Shown here piece after piece: positions 52,704-63,014 of a stretch of 64,000 bases of DNA (its first letter is position 1; each line of letters opens with the position of its first letter). Made by a program: the position numbers and the translations under genes. Source of the stretch: an uncultured Clostridia bacterium (GTDB taxonomy: Bacteria; Bacillota; Clostridia; Christensenellales; UBA1242); contig CALWPF010000001.1 of assembly GCA_944383355.1 (NCBI GenBank), positions 28,357 through 92,356 on the forward strand, written 5' to 3'. The notes beneath the pieces were generated by a model. It was not told where the DNA came from. It worked only from the letters and a program-made list of their open reading frames with translations, and searched no databases.

Positions 52704-53425
52704 TACTCCCTCCTTTGTCGCAAAGCCTCAAAAACAGCCACTCCACAAGCTACACTGGCATTTAGTGAATTCACACTCCCCATCATGGGCATAGTCACTA
52801 CAGCATCACAACTTTTTTTGACTAGGGGGCGGATACCATCACCCTCACTACCTATTACCAAAGCCAATCCACCACGCAAATTGGTTTGATAAATATCTTG
52901 TCCGCCTAGTTCCACAGCGTATACCCAAATACTTTCCTTTTTTAGATACTCTATAGTCTGGGTAATATTTGTAACTTTTGCTACACGCATATAGTTAATC
53001 GCTCCGGCGCTAGTCTTTGCTACAGTATGGTTTATAGGGCAAGCATTATGCTTTGGTATAATTACTCCGTGTACACCAGCACATTCGCATACCCTCAGCA
53101 CACTGCCCAAATTGTGAGGGTCCTCCACTCCATCTAATATTACTATAAATGGTTGCTCGCCTCTACCATTAGCATAGTCTAATATATCATCTACTGTACT
53201 GTACAAAAAGTCCTCCACCTCAGCCACAAAACCTTGATGATGCTCATCTTTTGCTAATTTAGTTAACTCTTGTCTATCTATATAATTTATTTTTATATTT
53301 TTTTGTCTAGCTAGAGCCTCAACCTCACCAGGTTTACCTATATAGGCATTGGACACATATAGCTTGTATACCGCCTTGTTTGCACGCAACGCCTCTACTA
53401 TTGCGTTTTTACCCAATATTATCAT
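52703..53425 (-). CDS. rlmB: 23S rRNA (guanosine-2'-O)-methyltransferase RlmB (SpoU/TrmH family)
   Basis: DGVEDPHNLGSVLR, VIGSEGDGIR and SLNASVA motifs. Confidence 0.85.
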   Translation of the reverse strand: MIILGKNAIVEALRANKAVYKLYVSNAYIGKPGEVEALARQKNIKINYIDRQELTKLAKDEHHQGFVAEVEDFLYSTVDDILDYANGRGEQPFIVILDGVEDPHNLGSVLRVCECAGVHGVIIPKHNACPINHTVAKTSAGAINYMRVAKVTNITQTIEYLKKESIWVYAVELGGQDIYQTNLRGGLALVIGSEGDGIRPLVKKSCDAVVTMPMMGSVNSLNASVACGVAVFEALRQRRE

Positions 53426-53498
53426 TACCTACAACCTCCTCTATTAAATAAGAGCACAATATCGCTAAAAACTAGGCTACTTGTTGAATTGTTCACAA

Positions 53499-53909
53499 CT
53501 ACTTATTATTCTCTATTACTCCTGATAATAACTCATCTATGCGTTCGCAATTATTAGATAGGTACAAATATCCTATCAATGCCTCGAGCGCTGTAGCTTT
53601 TTTGTACTCAGCCAATCCATAATGCTTACTCTTTGTGTTACTGGGAGCATTCCTGGCTCTACGCACCACCATTGCCTCATCTGTAGTTAATTTATCTTGT
53701 ATCTGCTGTAAGATCATACTCTGCGCCTCAGCATTGACATATTGTGTAGCCAATATGTGTAATTTATGAGATTTTGCCTTACTACTGCTCAACACCATAG
53801 TACGGACCAACAATGAAAAATACGCATCACCAACAAAGGCGAGCGTAGTACTAGGTATATCTTTTAACTCTTGCAACGAATATGCTCTATCCAATTTGAC
53901 TGTCAACAT
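53499..53909 (-). CDS. mrnC: Mini-ribonuclease III
   Basis: LAFVGDAYFSLLVR signature in a ~136-aa protein. The ATG at 53909 is preferred. Confidence 0.85.
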   Translation of the reverse strand: MLTVKLDRAYSLQELKDIPSTTLAFVGDAYFSLLVRTMVLSSSKAKSHKLHILATQYVNAEAQSMILQQIQDKLTTDEAMVVRRARNAPSNTKSKHYGLAEYKKATALEALIGYLYLSNNCERIDELLSGVIENNK

Positions 53910-53956
53910 ATTTTGTATTATAACACATACAAAATTTAGGAGCAAGAGTTTTGTAA

Positions 53957-54655
53957 CTAAAATTGTGTCAAGTCAAAATAATTGAGCACACCGCAAGTAA
54001 TATTGTAGGCTATTTTATCTTGATATTCATCACTAATCAACAGCGCCTCTTCCTCAGGGTTTGACAAAAAACCACACTCCACCAATATTCCAGGTGTGTT
54101 AGTGCAATTCAAAATATAATAATCACCTACCAATGCACTTTTGCGTGCTTGTACCAAATTTTTTTGAAACAATTCTTGCAATGAATTTGCCAATTCCTTG
54201 CTAACTTCACTGTCTTTTGCATAAAAGACTTGGGCACCTCGTGACGAAGGACTAGTATAAGAATTTAAATGTATACTAACCAACAAATCTGGATTAGCCT
54301 TTTTTATAATCTCCTCTCTAGCTCGTAAATCACGCATTTTAAAACCGCTAGCAAACACACCATAAAGCCCATCAGCGGTATTCCTAGTTTGCACCACAGA
54401 GATATTCAATGCATCTAAATATTTTTCCACTTTCTTTGCAATTTTGAGGGTAATTTCACTTTCGGTAACTCCTGTACTACCCACACACCCTCCATCAACA
54501 CCACCATGTCCAGCATCTAGCACTACACAAAATTTGTTACTAGGGCTAGTCGCTACCGAGGCTATAGAGGTTACACTATTCGCAACAAATAGTAAGGTAA
54601 ATACTAAAATATAGCAAAGTATTATATTTAATTTATTTTTTAATACCACAAACAT
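53957..54655 (-). CDS. cwlD: N-acetylmuramoyl-L-alanine amidase, CwlD-like (germination-specific)
   Basis: N-terminal signal/TM segment, then LDAGHGGVDGG, SIHLNS and GAQVFY (Amidase_3). Confidence 0.8.
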   Translation of the reverse strand: MFVVLKNKLNIILCYILVFTLLFVANSVTSIASVATSPSNKFCVVLDAGHGGVDGGCVGSTGVTESEITLKIAKKVEKYLDALNISVVQTRNTADGLYGVFASGFKMRDLRAREEIIKKANPDLLVSIHLNSYTSPSSRGAQVFYAKDSEVSKELANSLQELFQKNLVQARKSALVGDYYILNCTNTPGILVECGFLSNPEEEALLISDEYQDKIAYNITCGVLNYFDLTQF

Positions 54656-54745
54656 ATTAAAATATATGTGTGCTAAATATTAAATATACAAAAAATATGC
54701 CGTATTTAATCAAACACGGCATATTTAAAAAATTTATTAATTATC

Positions 54746-56287
54746 TTAATTATTTACCAATCTTTGAACAGTAATATTACCAACTGTACTAGTCAACAAG
54801 ATTTGCGAGGTATAATTATTTTTGTCGTTATCATCACCTCTAGTACCTACGCCCCCTACTTTGTCAGTAGATTGATAGCTATACAGCTGGATATTTGCAT
54901 TCCTCGCTGTTGACCACTCTACAAAATAATAGTTAGCAACAGCACTAGACAAGTTAACATTTATACTACCAGACTCAGTAATTATTGAGTTTACGCCATT
55001 TACCTCAGTAAAATTAACAGTAACATTGCTTGAGCCATTCTCCAATACTCTAAAGTCCAATGTACCACTCATATTGTCTATGTTTACTCGCCCAGATTGT
55101 GAGCGTACCACCAAATCACATTGAGCCCCACAGTAAATATTAATCGCTCCAAAGGTCGTTGTAACACTGCTGTCACTAAAGACACTATTTAACGTAACAT
55201 CTCCTCGGGTCGTCTCAATATTGGCTGTACCATCAATAGAACCTATCTCAACATTCCCAGAGCCTTGCTTTATCATTACATCACCTTGAACGTTTGTCAC
55301 AGCCACTCTACCATCAGCGCCCTCGACCATCAACATCTCACCTACAGTGGTGACTCTGACCTCACAAGAATTACTGTCTACACTCAATTCATCTTGTACA
55401 TAATCCATTCTCAATAGTCCACCATTGGCAACCAAAATCATATCACCATATACACTACCCAATTGAATATCACTATTAGCTACATCACGCATAATAAGGC
55501 TAGCTGATTTTGTCTCAGAACCAATATTTTGCAAATAAATCTTGCCTAAACCATCTGTAATGGATACATATGTATCATTCATCAAGTCTCTACTTACATT
55601 CAAATTACCGCTAGATTTTGTAACACTCAATTCGCCATTAATCTCACAACTGCGGATATTGACCTCACCGCTACCACTGGTAATAGTCAAATTATTTAAT
55701 TGAGTAATACTAGAGTCAATCTTTACCTCCTCAGTTTCCTCATCAATAGAGGTGCGATATGTATCACCAACATTTACTAACCCGCTAGATGTAATAATCT
55801 CAACATCTTTATTACGCAAGGCATCCTCTGTACAATTAATTACTAGCGTAGCATTTGACTTGAATATCCAGCCCTCAGGCTCCAAAACTTTGACCAACAA
55901 AACATTCTTGCCATTTTCTGTAAAAAACTCCGTACCCTGGACAGTAGGAAACTCTACATCTCCATAGACAAATCCTGTTAATTTATGATAAAACTCCACA
56001 GTAATATTCTCAGAATTGTATAATTGAGACTCCGTAAGTGTCTTGACAGTCACATCAAAAGTAGTTGTCTCAAATCTCAGCACATCAGCATCAACAAAAT
56101 TTTCACTACCTTCCCCCATCATAGGTATAGTAATCAAATCTTGAGTACTATCTCCAGTTATGTAATGCAAGCCAAATATCTTAAAACTGGGGAACAACAC
56201 CAAAGCTCCCAATGCCAAGAGTAGTATGCCAGCCGCCACCAAGATGATAATTAATATATATTTAAAAAAACTCAAAAAGGCATTCAT
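54746..56287 (-). CDS. Membrane-anchored beta-helix repeat protein (DUF4097-like putative adhesin)
   Basis: 513 aa with an N-terminal TM helix, then repetitive G.V.V/G.I.I beta-strand periodicity. The family call is moderately uncertain. Confidence 0.55.
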   Translation of the reverse strand: MNAFLSFFKYILIIILVAAGILLLALGALVLFPSFKIFGLHYITGDSTQDLITIPMMGEGSENFVDADVLRFETTTFDVTVKTLTESQLYNSENITVEFYHKLTGFVYGDVEFPTVQGTEFFTENGKNVLLVKVLEPEGWIFKSNATLVINCTEDALRNKDVEIITSSGLVNVGDTYRTSIDEETEEVKIDSSITQLNNLTITSGSGEVNIRSCEINGELSVTKSSGNLNVSRDLMNDTYVSITDGLGKIYLQNIGSETKSASLIMRDVANSDIQLGSVYGDMILVANGGLLRMDYVQDELSVDSNSCEVRVTTVGEMLMVEGADGRVAVTNVQGDVMIKQGSGNVEIGSIDGTANIETTRGDVTLNSVFSDSSVTTTFGAINIYCGAQCDLVVRSQSGRVNIDNMSGTLDFRVLENGSSNVTVNFTEVNGVNSIITESGSINVNLSSAVANYYFVEWSTARNANIQLYSYQSTDKVGGVGTRGDDNDKNNYTSQILLTSTVGNITVQRLVNN

Positions 56288-56317
56288 AACAAACTCCTTA
56301 GCAGTATTATTAGTAAT

Positions 56318-56346
56318 ATTTTACTAAACATTACACTCTAAGTCAA
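56318..56346 (-). promoter_or_regulatory. Sigma-A-type promoter for the 54746..56287 gene
   Basis: Minus strand reads TTGACT, a 17-nt spacer, then TAAAAT. An AAGGAG SD follows. Confidence 0.45.
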
Positions 56347-56627
56347 TAGTTTTTAAAAAATCAAAAACATTTGTCAAAATATTTGGTACAACTTTTAATA
56401 AAATTTCTCACACATATAATGATTTATGGATAACAAAATATTAAACTATATAAGTTTTTTACTCTATCAAAAATTTTGCAAAAATAAGTATAAAATCTAC
56501 CAGCAAATTCTAAAATAAAAATATCCTAATCCCACTATCTTCTTTTTTAAATTTACTCATTAAACAAATTGTTTTTTAATATTTTAAAAGGAACAGTGAA
56601 AATAAATTTTTGTCAAAGTTATATAGG

Positions 56628-56671
56628 GTGCATAGTACTGCATAGTACCCAAAAGAACAGGTACTATGCAC
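56628..56671. repeat. Intergenic inverted repeat, family TGCATAGTAC (site C, left arm tandemly duplicated)
   Basis: GTGCATAGTAC (56628..56638) is followed by TGCATAGTACC (56639..56649), which pairs with GGTACTATGCA (56660..56670). Confidence 0.6.
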
Positions 56672-56675
56672 ATAA

Positions 56676-56703
56676 AAAACACCTTGATATCACAAGGTGT
56701 TTT
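56676..56703. terminator. Bidirectional rho-independent terminator after alaS
   Basis: 11-bp stem AAAACACCTTG/CAAGGTGTTTT with A/T runs on both sides. Confidence 0.7.
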
Positions 56704-56730
56704 CTAATATTTTATACATTTTGCGCATAA

Positions 56731-58539
56731 TTAGCCCTCAATGGTCGCTTTTATCCTTCGCACACCACTACTACTACTTTCCTCTTTTAAAATTTTGAAA
56801 TGTACCAATTCACCAGTAGATTTTGCGTGAGGGCCTCCGCAAATCTCTTTGCTATACTCACCCATTGTATATACTGTTACGGTATCTCCATATTTATCAT
56901 CAAATATACCAGTTGCACCACTTGCCTTTGCCTCATCAGGGGTCATTGACTCACAAACTACAGGAACATTGGCTGATATTGCCTCATTTACTATATTTTC
57001 TACCTCAGTCAATTCATCTGTAGTCATTTTGTGGTCACACAAAAAGTCAAATCTAAGACGTTCTGGAGTAATATTACTCCCCCTCTGCTCCACATAGTCA
57101 CCCAATACCCGCTTGAGAGCCCCAAGCATCAAGTGTGTAGCAGTATGCAATCTAGCCAATCTCACACTCTCTGCCTCGTCGTGTGCCTCGGCTACACCGC
57201 CACGAAACATCGCACCTGACTTGTCTCTAGATAATTGCTGATGCTCTTTCATCGCTTGGTCAAACCCCTGTTTGTCTACATTAATGCCACGCTCACGGCA
57301 TAAATCAATAGTCAAATCCAATGGAAAACCAAAAGTATCAAACAGCCTAAATGCATTCTTTCCATCTAGAGTATCACCTGCCTTATACTCTTTTGTAATA
57401 CTCTCAAATTCTTTTATTCCACTATCTATAGCCTTTGCAAATTTTTGAATCTCCGCTTGCAACTCTTGCAGTATAAATGGCTCAACTTCTACAAAACGAG
57501 TAAAATCATCTTTATAATAATTTATAAATGCAACTGCAACTTCGCTAAGAGCATTGCTATCTATGTTTAATCTCCTAGCACAATTGACTGCACGGCGAAT
57601 TAATCTACGCAATACATAGCCTTGTCCAACATTACTTGGGGTAGTAGGTTGCTCATCACCCAGCAAAAATACAGCGGCACGAATATGGTCACATATTACA
57701 CAAAAATCTCTAGCATAATCTTTTGAAAAATCAAATTTTTTACCTGTAATACGCTCTAATGTTGCCATAGCGTCAGCAAAACAATCTGTCTCGTATGTGC
57801 TACTATATCCATTTAGCACACTGACAACACGCTCCAGCCCCATACCAGTATCTACATTTTGTTGAGTCAATTTTTCTAGAGGCGCACCTTTTGTAGGAAC
57901 ATTAAACTCCATAAATACATTATTCCAAATCTCCACCCACTTGCCACAATCACAACTAGGGTCACAATGCTCATTACATTTTGGTTTACCTGTATCATAA
58001 AATATCTCAGTATCCGGTCCACAAGGACCAATGCCAGAGCCAATCTCCCACCAATTATCTTTTTTAGGAAAAAAATGAATCTGATCAGCACGCAAGCCAC
58101 ATTCTTGCCAGAGTTTCGCACTCACATCATCTCTAGGCACATTTTCATCGCCCTCAAAAACAGTTACGTTTAATCTATCTGGATTAATACCAAGCCACTT
58201 TGGATTAGTCAAAAAATCCCAACTCCATCTAATAGCCTCTGGCTTAAAATAATCACCAAGACTCCAGTTGCCTAGCATAAAAAACAAAGTGTGGTGCCTA
58301 TTATCCCCTACCTCATCAATATCATTGGTACGCAAACATGGTTGGATACTAAATAACTTTGTACCCAAAGGGTGCTTTTGCCCCATTAGGTAAGGAACCA
58401 AAGGTTGCATACCTGCAGTAGTAAATAGTACTGTATTGTCACGGGGTATCAGTGACGCTCCTTTTATCTCTGTGTGTCCGTTTTGTTCCCAATATTCACG
58501 CCACATACGCATTAATTTTTTACAAGTTAACTTTTCCAT
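56731..58539 (-). CDS. alaS: Alanine--tRNA ligase, short form (602 aa; catalytic, tRNA-recognition and editing domains, no C-Ala domain)
   Basis: FTTAGMQPL, the class II core and WVEIWNNVFMEF. The editing-site motifs HTATHL and CGGPH lie at the extreme C-terminus. The ORF then stops and 440 bp of non-coding DNA follows. Confidence 0.85.
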   Translation of the reverse strand: MEKLTCKKLMRMWREYWEQNGHTEIKGASLIPRDNTVLFTTAGMQPLVPYLMGQKHPLGTKLFSIQPCLRTNDIDEVGDNRHHTLFFMLGNWSLGDYFKPEAIRWSWDFLTNPKWLGINPDRLNVTVFEGDENVPRDDVSAKLWQECGLRADQIHFFPKKDNWWEIGSGIGPCGPDTEIFYDTGKPKCNEHCDPSCDCGKWVEIWNNVFMEFNVPTKGAPLEKLTQQNVDTGMGLERVVSVLNGYSSTYETDCFADAMATLERITGKKFDFSKDYARDFCVICDHIRAAVFLLGDEQPTTPSNVGQGYVLRRLIRRAVNCARRLNIDSNALSEVAVAFINYYKDDFTRFVEVEPFILQELQAEIQKFAKAIDSGIKEFESITKEYKAGDTLDGKNAFRLFDTFGFPLDLTIDLCRERGINVDKQGFDQAMKEHQQLSRDKSGAMFRGGVAEAHDEAESVRLARLHTATHLMLGALKRVLGDYVEQRGSNITPERLRFDFLCDHKMTTDELTEVENIVNEAISANVPVVCESMTPDEAKASGATGIFDDKYGDTVTVYTMGEYSKEICGGPHAKSTGELVHFKILKEESSSSGVRRIKATIEG

Positions 58540-58605
58540 TTTTCCCTCTTTATTCTAGTATTATATCTTCGTTTTTAATTTGTTCGCTTATGCTTACAAT
58601 AATAA

Positions 58606-60267
58606 TTATAGTTTAAAACCTTCCTTGAGTGAAACAGTAGAGTTGAATACTACCTTTTCATCTAATGTAGTCAAATAATAGTAACCTTTCCTAACAAACT
58701 GAAAGTGTGTCCCTTTAGGGCAAGACAATACATATTTCTCAGCCTTTGCATGTATAACCTTGAGTGAATCAGAGTTAAAAGTGGTATCCCAATCGCCCTC
58801 AAATCTCACACCCTCACGTATAAGGTTGGAATATTGATGAACATAGATATCGTCACAATCATCTGCATTTACCCAATGTATAGTACCTTTGACCTTTATT
58901 CCGCTCTGGTCATTACCGCTCCTAGACTCTGGTATATAACTACACAAAATCTCTGTAACGTTACCCTGATTATCAGTCTTAACCTCATCACACTTGATAA
59001 TATAAGCACCTCTCAGACGCACATAACCATCTGGACGCAACCTGTGATACTTACTAGGTGGATCCATCATAAAATCTTCACGCTCTATAAATATATGCTT
59101 ACCAAATTTAACCTCGTGTGTACCCGCATCAGCGTCATTTGAATTATTCTCTACAGTCATCATCTCACCATCGCCATCATAGTTGGTGATAGTTATCTTG
59201 ATAGGATCCAGTACCACCATTACTCTAGTCGCCGTATTATTCAAAATATTCCTAGTACAACTATCCAACATCTCAGGGCTAACGACTGCATCATCTACCT
59301 TTGTGACACCAACATTTGTCACAAAATCACGCAACGCAACACTAGGAATACCCCGAGCTCTCAAACCATCTACAGTCGGCATACGAGGATCGTCCCAGCC
59401 AAATACACGCTGGCTCTCTACTAATTGACGCAAATACCTTTTGCTAGTCACTGTCCCTTCTATATTTAATCTAGCAAACTCAATCTGTCTTGGTTTTTTC
59501 TCAAACTCACACTCATTTACCACCCAGTTGTACAAAGGACGATGATTCTCAAACTCTATATCACAGAGTGAATGAGTAATCCCCTCTATAGCATCACTAA
59601 TAGGGTGAGCAAAATCATACATAGGATAAATACACCATTCATCACCTGTCCTATAGTGTGTTGCTCGCAGTACTCTATATAGAGTAGGGTCACGCATATT
59701 GATGTTTGGGCTAGCCATATCAATTTTCGCCCTCAATACTACCTCACCATCTTTGTACTTACCTGCTTTCATATCGCGAAACATTTGCAAGTTCTCTTCT
59801 ATTGATCTATTCCTACTAGGACTCTCTATCCCAGGTCTTGTGAGTGTTCCCCGATATTTGCTCAAGGTATCAGCATCAAGATCATCTACATAGGCAAGTC
59901 CTTTTTTAATCAATAGTTCAGCACAATCATACATCTTTTGATAATAATCACTAGCATGGTAGACATTCTCCCACTTAAAACCTGCCCATTTTAGACTATC
60001 TATTATGGCATTTTCATACTCTATACTCTCTTTTAGCGGGTTGGTATCGTCCATTCGCAAATTCATATATCCACCGAATTTTTGAGCCATAGAGTAATCT
60101 ATGTTGCACGCCTTGATATGACCAATGTGTGGATAGCCATTGGGCTCGGGTGGAAATCTAGTCACTATATGGTCTAGTCCTTGCTCCAGCATATCTTGTT
60201 TAATAAAACTCTCAATAAAATTAGTCGTTTCAATATTTTCGACTTCCTCACGAGAAAGAGTTTTCAT
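58606..60267 (-). CDS. glnS: Glutamine--tRNA ligase
   Basis: FPPEPNGYPHIGH (HIGH), a TSKR (KMSKS-like) motif and GlnRS-type C-terminal beta-barrel domains in a 553-aa protein. Confidence 0.9.
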   Translation of the reverse strand: MKTLSREEVENIETTNFIESFIKQDMLEQGLDHIVTRFPPEPNGYPHIGHIKACNIDYSMAQKFGGYMNLRMDDTNPLKESIEYENAIIDSLKWAGFKWENVYHASDYYQKMYDCAELLIKKGLAYVDDLDADTLSKYRGTLTRPGIESPSRNRSIEENLQMFRDMKAGKYKDGEVVLRAKIDMASPNINMRDPTLYRVLRATHYRTGDEWCIYPMYDFAHPISDAIEGITHSLCDIEFENHRPLYNWVVNECEFEKKPRQIEFARLNIEGTVTSKRYLRQLVESQRVFGWDDPRMPTVDGLRARGIPSVALRDFVTNVGVTKVDDAVVSPEMLDSCTRNILNNTATRVMVVLDPIKITITNYDGDGEMMTVENNSNDADAGTHEVKFGKHIFIEREDFMMDPPSKYHRLRPDGYVRLRGAYIIKCDEVKTDNQGNVTEILCSYIPESRSGNDQSGIKVKGTIHWVNADDCDDIYVHQYSNLIREGVRFEGDWDTTFNSDSLKVIHAKAEKYVLSCPKGTHFQFVRKGYYYLTTLDEKVVFNSTVSLKEGFKL

Positions 60268-60337
60268 ATTTTCATCTCCTATAATATTAAAAATCTCTAT
60301 TTTTACATTGTAAACATTGCGCTCACAAAAGTCAAGT

Positions 60338-61894
60338 ATGCATAAGTTGTTGAATTATTTTTTTGATGCATTTGAATATATTTTTATACAATTTGACAAA
60401 CTAAAAACAAAAAAAGGTACTAACAAAGTGGATTTACAAAAAAGAATAAAAGAATATCAGGATATATTTCATCATACTTGTGACCTGATAGTTCGTACAT
60501 TTGAGAGCGCTGATGGTATACCCTGCGCACTAATTTATCTAGATAATGCTGTAGACAAACTATTGTTAGCCGAAAGCGTTATAGAAAAAGTACAGAGACT
60601 CAGTATTGGTACACAAGGCAACCAGGCAATAGACGCCTGCGAACACGAGATTGTTGCATATGTGCAAGTGGACACAGCAAAAGATACTCAAGATGCAGTA
60701 GATAGCATTTTGACTGGATTCGCTATGCTACTAGTAGATGGCAGTGATAAAATACTCAAAGTACAATGTGCAAAATGGTTTATACGCTCCCCTAGCGAAC
60801 CACCAACTAGTGCAGTCGTAAAAGGCCCTAGAGAGGGTTTTGTAGAAGATATAAATACAAATTTATCTCTACTACGCAAGAGATTAAAATCCAACAACTT
60901 AGTCATAGAACAAACTCAAATAGGTAGAGAGACAAATACCCAAGTAAGAATATGTTATTTACAAAATCTCGCTAGCCCAAAAATAGTTGCAAAAATAAGA
61001 GAGCAAATCAACCAAATAGATATTGATGGCGTAGTCGACTCCAGTTATATCAGTGCATTTTTGGGGCACAACAGACACTCAATGTTTAAACAAATAGGCT
61101 CTACCGAAAAGCCCGATATAGCGGCGGCAAAAATACTGGAGGGACGAGTCGCAATAATGGTTGACAATTCGCCAATAGTGCTCACTGTACCATTTTTGTT
61201 GCTAGAGGATTTGCAAAATAGTGATGATTACTACTCCACCCCAGCAAAAGCCACATTCTTGAGATGGTTGAGACTAATTGGTGCTATGGTAGCTATCCTA
61301 TTGCCTGGCATATACGTTGCCATGACATTATACCATTACAATGTCATACCAATAAAATTTTTGGTAACTATAACAAACTCTATTCAAGGTATACCACTAC
61401 CACCATTCTTGGAGACATTATTTATAATTTTATTATTTGAGACATTATATGAGGCAAGTCTAAGAATGCCTAGATACCTAGGACTAGCATTGTCCGTAGT
61501 GGGTGCACTTATCTTGGGTGATACCGCTGTAAAAGCTGGCCTTATCAGCTCACCTGCCGTACTAATAGTAGCTGTAACAGGAGTAATGAGTTACACCATA
61601 CCAGAACAATCATCACAAATCTCATTATTGAGAATAATATTTACCTTTGTAGGTGGTATATTGGGTCTGTATGGCATGATAGTAGGGGCTATGATTCTAA
61701 TAGCATATTTAGTTAATATGAATACATATCAATCATCTTACCTGGCTCCATTTGCGCCCTACATATCCAATGACCAAAAAGACGCACTCATCAAAAAGCC
61801 AACAACTAGTCAAATCACTAGACCAAACTCAATACCCAATATTAATCATAGGAGGTTAGCGGACGAAAATGACAACTCAAATAACGACTCGTGA
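60338..61894 (+). CDS. Spore germinant receptor subunit A (GerAA/GerKA family)
   Basis: Family pattern (VKGPREGFVE, LRKRLKS), a C-terminal TM bundle and a three-gene gerA-type operon. The start is uncertain, either the TTG at 60317 or the ATG at 60338. Confidence 0.85.
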   Translation: MHKLLNYFFDAFEYIFIQFDKLKTKKGTNKVDLQKRIKEYQDIFHHTCDLIVRTFESADGIPCALIYLDNAVDKLLLAESVIEKVQRLSIGTQGNQAIDACEHEIVAYVQVDTAKDTQDAVDSILTGFAMLLVDGSDKILKVQCAKWFIRSPSEPPTSAVVKGPREGFVEDINTNLSLLRKRLKSNNLVIEQTQIGRETNTQVRICYLQNLASPKIVAKIREQINQIDIDGVVDSSYISAFLGHNRHSMFKQIGSTEKPDIAAAKILEGRVAIMVDNSPIVLTVPFLLLEDLQNSDDYYSTPAKATFLRWLRLIGAMVAILLPGIYVAMTLYHYNVIPIKFLVTITNSIQGIPLPPFLETLFIILLFETLYEASLRMPRYLGLALSVVGALILGDTAVKAGLISSPAVLIVAVTGVMSYTIPEQSSQISLLRIIFTFVGGILGLYGMIVGAMILIAYLVNMNTYQSSYLAPFAPYISNDQKDALIKKPTTSQITRPNSIPNINHRRLADENDNSNNDS

Positions 61895-63014
61895 ATACAT
61901 ATTGTTTGCTATGTTTGCCGTACTAACCTCAAAAATAATGACAATGCCACATGTAATATACAATTATGCCACACATGATGCCATATTTAGCGTTTTACTC
62001 AATATGTTAATAGAGCTATTATTGGTTGTTTTGATAACCTTGTTAATAGCCAAAAATCCAGACAAGACCTTTTTTGAATTTTTGTCTAGTAAAATTACAA
62101 AATTTGGTGCAACAATAGTTATCATTATAATTAGTCTATATTTATTGCTAAAAGCAACATTTATCTTGCAAGAAACATATACTTTCTTTTTACATACCAT
62201 ATATGAGCAATTTAATATATTTTATTTTTTTGTGCCTGTATTTTTGCTAATTGGCTATATGGCGATCAAAGGTGTACGCACAATCGGCAAGAGTCTGGAG
62301 ATATTTGGTTTTTTTGTAGTCATTGGACTAGGAATTGCCTTTATTAATACCGTAGGTTTAGCAACTTTTGATGCTAACTTGCCATACTTTCGAGATGGGA
62401 TCAGTGATGTATTCGCTGGGACGTTTTATTCCTCTTTTTATATAGGAAACTCCCTTGTATTATTATTTTTGATGGGAAAAGTAAAAATTAACTCAAAAAT
62501 CACACAAAAAACACTTTTATGTTGCAGTTTGGTAGCACTTTTTGTATTAATTATGGACTTTTTGTTTTATGACATACTAGGCTATACAGTAATATACTCT
62601 ACCTTTGCATTGAGTGACCTATCACAATTCAATCCTTTTGTATCAGACCTTGGACACTTGAGCTGGCTTAGTATCATTGTGGGTACTGTCAATTTGTTTA
62701 GCCTTGTGGCTATAATGCTGTACTCAATAGGAGAAGGTACCAAACAATTTTGTAAGACAAACACTGCCACTATCCCAATATTATTTGCACTCGCCATAAT
62801 GTTTGGGACTTGCTATATATTGAAATTTGACCTAAAAGTATTTAACGAGATAATTATTGACTATGGAACATACTTTGCTACAAGTGTGTTGGGGATTGTT
62901 ACTATATTGTTATTCATACTAAATATTGTGAGGAGGTCAAAAAATGAAACTGTTACTAAGCAAAGTAATAATATTAGCAGTAATATTGATGCTAATAGTG
63001 TTGACGCCATCTAG
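61869..63014 (+). CDS. Spore germinant receptor subunit B (GerAB family, APC-type permease)
   Basis: 381 aa with about 10 TM helices. It overlaps the A-subunit gene by 26 nt. Confidence 0.85.
   Translation: MTTQITTREYILFAMFAVLTSKIMTMPHVIYNYATHDAIFSVLLNMLIELLLVVLITLLIAKNPDKTFFEFLSSKITKFGATIVIIIISLYLLLKATFILQETYTFFLHTIYEQFNIFYFFVPVFLLIGYMAIKGVRTIGKSLEIFGFFVVIGLGIAFINTVGLATFDANLPYFRDGISDVFAGTFYSSFYIGNSLVLLFLMGKVKINSKITQKTLLCCSLVALFVLIMDFLFYDILGYTVIYSTFALSDLSQFNPFVSDLGHLSWLSIIVGTVNLFSLVAIMLYSIGEGTKQFCKTNTATIPILFALAIMFGTCYILKFDLKVFNEIIIDYGTYFATSVLGIVTILLFILNIVRRSKNETVTKQSNNISSNIDANSVDAI

Noticed and set aside
60268-60337. The strand switch between glnS (-) and the gerA-like operon (+) considered as a possible replication origin
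   Set aside because: The gap is only ~50-70 bp, with no DnaA boxes and no AT-rich unwinding element. It looks like an ordinary divergent promoter region, and strand bias alone is not evidence.
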